Origin: Paracoccaceae bacterium
GTDB taxonomy: Bacteria; Pseudomonadota; Alphaproteobacteria; Rhodobacterales; Rhodobacteraceae
DNA: 64,000 nucleotides
Direction of reading: 5' to 3'
Assembly: GCA_011389685.1 (NCBI GenBank)
Contig: JAABTV010000008.1
Span: 2,823-66,822 of the forward strand
Shown: positions 59,257-64,000 of the stretch, in pieces
How positions within the stretch are numbered: position 1 is the first letter of the stretch
Layout: every line of letters begins with the position of its first letter
Notes under the pieces: model-generated
The model's input: only the letters and a program-made list of their open reading frames with translations
Database searches by the model: none
Told to the model about the DNA's origin: nothing
Translations under genes and position numbers: made by a program

Positions 59257-60575
59257 CCAGTCTTGAAATCGGTCTGACGTCGTTTCCCGTTCTCTTGTTG
59301 CTGATCTTCTTGCGGGTGCCCATTGGGCTGGCGATGTTTCTTGTCGGGCTGTTCGGTCTTTATTTCGTGACCGATGGCTGGAACATGGCGCTGTCGCGGC
59401 TCAAGACCGAGACCTACTCGACCTTTTCGAGCTATTCGCTTTCGATCGTGCCGATGTTCCTCTTGATGGGGCATTTCGCGACCTTGGGCGGCATGTCCAC
59501 CGCGCTGTTCAAGGCGGCAGAATCCTGGCTTGGGCACAAGCGCGGCGGGGTCGCGATGGCCGCTGTCGGGGCCTGTGCCGGGTTCGGGTCGATCTGCGGG
59601 TCGTCGCTGGCCACGGCGGCCACGATGGGCCAGGTCGCCTTGCCCGAACTGCGCCGCTATGGCTATTCCGGGGGGTTCAGCACCGCGACGCTGGCGGCGG
59701 GCGGGACGCTGGGCATTCTCATTCCGCCCAGCGTGATCCTTGTCATCTATGCGATCCTGACCGAGCAGAACATCGCCAAGCTGTTCCTGGCCGCGTTCAT
59801 TCCCGGGATACTGGCGGCGCTCGGCTATATCATCACCATCTCGATCTATGTGCGCGTCCACCCCGATGCCGCCGGCACGCGGGAGCCGATCCCCTATGCC
59901 GAGCGATTCCGGGCGCTGGCCGATGTGTGGCCGGTGTTGCTTGTGTTCCTGCTGGTGGTGGGGGGCATCTACCTGGGCTGGTTCACCCCGACCGAGGGCG
60001 CTGCGGTGGGTGCGGCGGGCACCGGGTTGATCGCGCTGGTCAATCGGGGGCTGAATTTCACAACCCTGATCGAGAGTTTCATGGCCACGGGCCGGTCCAC
60101 CGCGATGATCTTCTTCATCGTGCTGGGCGCGGCGTTCTATAACGGGTTCCTGGCGTTGACCCAGGTGCCGCAGGAACTGGCGGTCTATGTCACGAGCCTG
60201 GGATACAGTCCCTGGGTGGTCCTGGCGATCATCCTGTCGCTTTACCTTGTCTTCGGCTGCGTAATGGACAGCCTGTCGATGATCCTGCTGACCGTGCCGA
60301 TCTTTTTCCCGATCATCAGTCAACTGGATTTCGGTCTCACTTTCGAGGAAACGGCGATCTGGTTCGGGATCATCGTTCTTATCGTGGTCGAGGTCGGGTT
60401 GATCACCCCGCCGGTGGGGATGAATCTGTTTGTCATCAACTCGATGGACCGCAGCACACCAATGGTCGAGACCTACAAGGCGGTGACGTATTTCGTGGCC
60501 TCCGATATCGTGCGGGTTGTCATCCTCGTCGCCTTTCCGTCGATCACGCTGTTCCTGATGCGGATCCTGCACTAG
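59253..60575 (+). CDS. dctM: TRAP large permease
   Basis: TTG start overlapping the dctQ stop; GGTLGILIPPS, TPTEGA, GLITPPVGMNLF. Confidence 0.93.
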   Translation: MTSLEIGLTSFPVLLLLIFLRVPIGLAMFLVGLFGLYFVTDGWNMALSRLKTETYSTFSSYSLSIVPMFLLMGHFATLGGMSTALFKAAESWLGHKRGGVAMAAVGACAGFGSICGSSLATAATMGQVALPELRRYGYSGGFSTATLAAGGTLGILIPPSVILVIYAILTEQNIAKLFLAAFIPGILAALGYIITISIYVRVHPDAAGTREPIPYAERFRALADVWPVLLVFLLVVGGIYLGWFTPTEGAAVGAAGTGLIALVNRGLNFTTLIESFMATGRSTAMIFFIVLGAAFYNGFLALTQVPQELAVYVTSLGYSPWVVLAIILSLYLVFGCVMDSLSMILLTVPIFFPIISQLDFGLTFEETAIWFGIIVLIVVEVGLITPPVGMNLFVINSMDRSTPMVETYKAVTYFVASDIVRVVILVAFPSITLFLMRILH

Positions 60576-60716
60576 GCAATGCCGGGCATGCCCGGAACCG
60601 GAACATGTCCCGGCCTGCCTGGAAAAGAGGCATTCGGGCGCCGGGTTGATCTATGTCAAAGTGTGCGACCGGTCTCATATGCGAAAAAGGAAATGTAAAA
60701 GCAGAGAGAGACGCGC

Positions 60717-62036
60717 ATGACATCGGATCAGACATTCCTGTCGACGCGCCGCGGATTCCTGGGCCTCGCCTCCGGTGTGGCCCTTTTGGCCGCAGGCGCG
60801 CGACCCGCGGCAGCACAGAAAGTATCAACCAGGGCGAAGATCGTCATCCTTGGCGCCGGGGCGGCGGGCACCGCCCTGGCAAACCGTCTGGTCGAGCGGC
60901 TGGACGGGGCCAAGATCACCCTTGTGGACGGGCGCGCCGAGCATTGGTATCAGCCCGGGTTCACGCTGATTGCCGCCGGGTTGAAACCGGCGGATTATTC
61001 GGTGAGCCAGACCGCCGAATGGTTGCCCGGGGCGGTGACGCTGGTGGCGGAGTATGCCGCCGGGATCGACCCCGAGGCGCAGACCCTGACCACCGCGTCG
61101 GGCAAGGTGCTGGAGTATGATTACCTGATTACTGCGCCGGGCCTTGTGCTCGACTGGGACGGGATCGAGGGGTTCAGCCTCGATCTGGTGGGCAAGGACG
61201 GTGTCGGTGCGGTCTATGCCGGGCCGGACTATGCCGCCAGGACATGGGCCGAAATGGACCGCTTCACCTCGACCGGGGGCAAGGCCGTCTTCTTTCGCCC
61301 GGCGACCGAGATGAAATGTGCCGGTGCGCCGCTCAAATATACCTTCCTGACCGAGGATTTCGCCAGCAGGAAGGGCAATCGCGGCAAGGTCGAGATCGAA
61401 TACTGGAACAGTTCCGGGGCCCTGTTCGGCGTGCCGATCGTGGCGGAAAAGGTGCGGATGCTGTTCGGGCAGCGCGGCATCAGGACCGAGATGCACAGGG
61501 TTCTGAAAAGCATCGACCCGGTCAAGAAGATCCTGACCTTCGAGGATGCCGACGGGATCGCGCATGAGACCGATTACGATTTCACCAACGTGATTCCGCC
61601 GCAACGCGCCCCGGAGGTGATCCGCCAGTCGGGGCTGAGCTGGGAGAACCGGTGGGTCGATCAGGGCTGGGTCGAGGTCGATCCCTACACGCTGCGCCAC
61701 AACCGCTATCCCAACGTGTTCGCCGTGGGTGACGTGGCGGGCGTGCCCAAGGGCAAGACCGCGGCCAGCGTGAAATGGCAGGTGCCGGTGGTCGAGGATC
61801 ACCTCGTGGCGCAGATTGCGGGCGACACCACGGATACGGTTTACAACGGTTACACGTCCTGTCCGCTGATTACCCGTGTGGGCCGCGCGATGCTGATCGA
61901 GTTCGATTACAACAACGATCTGACCCCCAGTTTCCCCGGCGTGATCGCGCCGCTGGAAGAGTTGTGGATCAGCTGGCTCATGAAGGAAGTCGCACTCAAA
62001 CCCACCTATAACGCCATGCTGCGTGGCAAGGCGTAA
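60717..62036 (+). CDS. Tat-exported flavoprotein disulfide reductase, type II sulfide:quinone oxidoreductase-like
   Basis: STRRGFLG Tat motif; GAGAAG; YQPG; KCAGAP and YNGYTSCP catalytic Cys motifs. Confidence 0.85.
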   Translation: MTSDQTFLSTRRGFLGLASGVALLAAGARPAAAQKVSTRAKIVILGAGAAGTALANRLVERLDGAKITLVDGRAEHWYQPGFTLIAAGLKPADYSVSQTAEWLPGAVTLVAEYAAGIDPEAQTLTTASGKVLEYDYLITAPGLVLDWDGIEGFSLDLVGKDGVGAVYAGPDYAARTWAEMDRFTSTGGKAVFFRPATEMKCAGAPLKYTFLTEDFASRKGNRGKVEIEYWNSSGALFGVPIVAEKVRMLFGQRGIRTEMHRVLKSIDPVKKILTFEDADGIAHETDYDFTNVIPPQRAPEVIRQSGLSWENRWVDQGWVEVDPYTLRHNRYPNVFAVGDVAGVPKGKTAASVKWQVPVVEDHLVAQIAGDTTDTVYNGYTSCPLITRVGRAMLIEFDYNNDLTPSFPGVIAPLEELWISWLMKEVALKPTYNAMLRGKA

Positions 62037-62047
62037 GGAGACGGAAG

Positions 62048-62407
62048 ATGAAGGAACTGACACTCGAGACCCTGATCGCCGTCTGGGAAGAGATGTTCGG
62101 GCGCGGCCTGTTCTGGGCGATGGTCGTGATGGCGGCGCTGATCACCGTGGCCTATATCTATGTGCTGATCCGTGATCGGTCGATGTCGATGCGCAAGTTC
62201 CTGCTGGCGCAATTGTCGATGCCGGTGGGCGCGGTGGCGGCGGTGCTGTTCGTGCAGAAGATGACCAGTTCGGGCTTTTCCGATATCGGCGGGCCGATCG
62301 ATGTGATCGTCCTGCTGGGCGTGGCCTTGGCGGGGGCCGTCGGGATTGCGATCCTCGTCTATACCGCGCAGGCGCTGATCAAGGGGCCCGAGGCGAGCGA
62401 CGGATGA
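62048..62407 (+). CDS. Small three-TM membrane protein (resembles DUF5368)
   Basis: Three hydrophobic helices; GGPIDVI; AGGAG RBS; family name recalled, not searched. Confidence 0.7.
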   Translation: MKELTLETLIAVWEEMFGRGLFWAMVVMAALITVAYIYVLIRDRSMSMRKFLLAQLSMPVGAVAAVLFVQKMTSSGFSDIGGPIDVIVLLGVALAGAVGIAILVYTAQALIKGPEASDG

Positions 62408-62426
62408 GCGTGGAAGGGATAACAAC

Positions 62427-63407
62427 ATGACGGATGCGACGCAGACCGAGGCGCAGCCGGTGAACCGGCTTGAACATTACCCGGTGCCGCTGTTCGGCAT
62501 GGTGATGGGCATGGCCGGGCTGACGCTGGCCATGCATGCGGGCGAGGCGGCCTTTGGCATGGGGGCGCAAATTTCGACCGGGCTTTATCTCTTCACCTTC
62601 GCGCTGTTTGGGCTGATCGGGGCGGGTTATGCCGCCAAGGCCGCGATTTACCCCGGCGCGTTGGTGGCCGAATGGAAACATCCGGTGCGGCTGTCGTTCT
62701 TTCCGGCGATCTCGATTTCCCTTCTGCTGCTGGCAACGGCGACGATGCCGCGCAGCGAAGGGCTGGCCGAAGGCATGTGGCTGCTCGGGATGGTGCTTCA
62801 GTTCGTGCTGACCATCGCGGTGGTGTCGAACTGGATCGGGTCGCGCAGTTTCCAGCACGGGATGCTCAACCCAGCCTGGTTCATCCCGGCGGTGGGCAAC
62901 GTGATCGTGCCGATTGCGGGCGTGCCGCTGGGCTATGTCGAGATCAGCTGGTATTTCATGTCCGTGGGCCTGATCTTCTGGCTGGTGCTGTTGACGCTGG
63001 TCATCAACCGATTGATTTTCCACGACCCCTTGCCCGGGCGCTTGCAGCCGACGCTGGTCATCCTGATCGCGCCGCCGGCGGTGGCATTCGTCGCGTGGCT
63101 GCAACTGACCGGCGATGTCGATGCCTTTGCACGCATCCTGATCAACGGGGCCTATCTGTTCACCGCGATCGTTCTGGTGCAGTTGCCGCGCATCCTGCGG
63201 CTGGAATTCGCGCTGAGCTTCTGGGCGCTGAGCTTTCCCTTTGCCGCCGCGACGATTGCCAGCTTCCGTTTTGCCGCGGAGACGGGGTCGGAGGCGCATC
63301 GCCTGTTCGGCGGGGTGCTTCTGGTGGCGCTGTTTGTCGTCATCGCGGGGCTGTTGTGGCAGACCATCCGGGCGGCGATGGCGGGCCGGATCTGCGTGCC
63401 GGAATAG
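62427..63407 (+). CDS. TehA/SLAC1 (TDT) family anion channel
   Basis: FGMVMGMAGL, HPVRLSFF, PAWFIPAVG, APPAV, FWALSFP. Confidence 0.92.
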   Translation: MTDATQTEAQPVNRLEHYPVPLFGMVMGMAGLTLAMHAGEAAFGMGAQISTGLYLFTFALFGLIGAGYAAKAAIYPGALVAEWKHPVRLSFFPAISISLLLLATATMPRSEGLAEGMWLLGMVLQFVLTIAVVSNWIGSRSFQHGMLNPAWFIPAVGNVIVPIAGVPLGYVEISWYFMSVGLIFWLVLLTLVINRLIFHDPLPGRLQPTLVILIAPPAVAFVAWLQLTGDVDAFARILINGAYLFTAIVLVQLPRILRLEFALSFWALSFPFAAATIASFRFAAETGSEAHRLFGGVLLVALFVVIAGLLWQTIRAAMAGRICVPE

Positions 63408-63468
63408 CCATTGGCAGGGCGCGGCGCGCGTCCTAGTCTGGCCGTGACGCAACACCGGAGAGGTGATC

Positions 63469-64000
63469 ATGGCCAGCGCGGACCCCGTGCCCGTATTTGA
63501 CGGGCATAACGACGTTCTCTTGAAAATTCGCGCGGCGGGCGGGCGGTCCGCGACACGGCTTTTCCGCGAGGGGAGCGATTTTCACGTCGATCTGCCCAAG
63601 GCGCGCGCGGGGGGATTCGCGGGCGGGTTCTTTGCGATCTTCGTGCCGTCACCGCTGGACCTTGCGGCGATGAAGGACGAGATGGACAAGCCCGAATATG
63701 ACCTGCCCTTGCCCGACCCGGTGCCCCAGGAGGCGGCGCTGCCGGTGGTGATGGAGAAGGCCGCGCTGCTGTTGCAGCTTGAGGCCGAGGGCGCCTTGCG
63801 CATCTGTCGCAGCGTAGCCAATATCCGCGCGGCGATGGGCGTGGGTGAACTGGCGGCGGTGATGCATATGGAAGGGGCGGAGGCGATCGACCCTGAGTTT
63901 CACGCGCTCGACGTGCTTCATGCTGCCGGTCTGCGCTCGCTCGGGCCGGTGTGGAGCCGCCCGACGATCTGGGGCGAGGGGGTGCCGTTTCGCTATCCCT
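63469..64000 (+). CDS. Membrane dipeptidase (peptidase M19), partial
   Basis: My translation: MASADPVPVFDGHNDVLL...HVDLPKARAGGFAGGFFAIF...MHMEGAE...GLRSLGPVWSR; truncated by the window end. Confidence 0.9.
   Translation, partial: MASADPVPVFDGHNDVLLKIRAAGGRSATRLFREGSDFHVDLPKARAGGFAGGFFAIFVPSPLDLAAMKDEMDKPEYDLPLPDPVPQEAALPVVMEKAALLLQLEAEGALRICRSVANIRAAMGVGELAAVMHMEGAEAIDPEFHALDVLHAAGLRSLGPVWSRPTIWGEGVPFRYP

Overview
High-GC alphaproteobacterial chromosome segment. Gene content and order (leuCD/leuB, gcrA next to argD-argF, hrpB-meaB, ectR-ectABC-ask, TRAP systems) point to the Roseobacter group of Rhodobacteraceae; this taxonomic call is an inference. The window holds about 55 protein genes and no rRNA, tRNA, CRISPR array, integrase or transposase that I can see. 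Core blocks are interleaved with accessory ones: an uncharacterised xanthine-dehydrogenase-family molybdoenzyme with its own MoaD, a GNAT/desaturase/acyltransferase islet behind a duplicated gene 3' end, an amine ABC uptake and catabolism operon, two RND systems, a maiA-TRAP block with two binding proteins, and a Tat-exported SQR-like operon. The strongest unexplained signal is non-coding. A 17-codon Arg-rich uORF (MTRDRHITMIRRRRHRA) starts right after a sigma70-like promoter upstream of argD-argF and is followed by mutually exclusive RNA stems, which is the layout of an arginine-sensing attenuator. It is preceded by a 4x15-bp tandem repeat carrying four GANTC sites. Also notable are a ~120-bp GTTAAC-bounded dispersed element present twice and a shared operator-like motif linking the RND and SQR operons. 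All pairings and alignments were done by eye, with no database searches.
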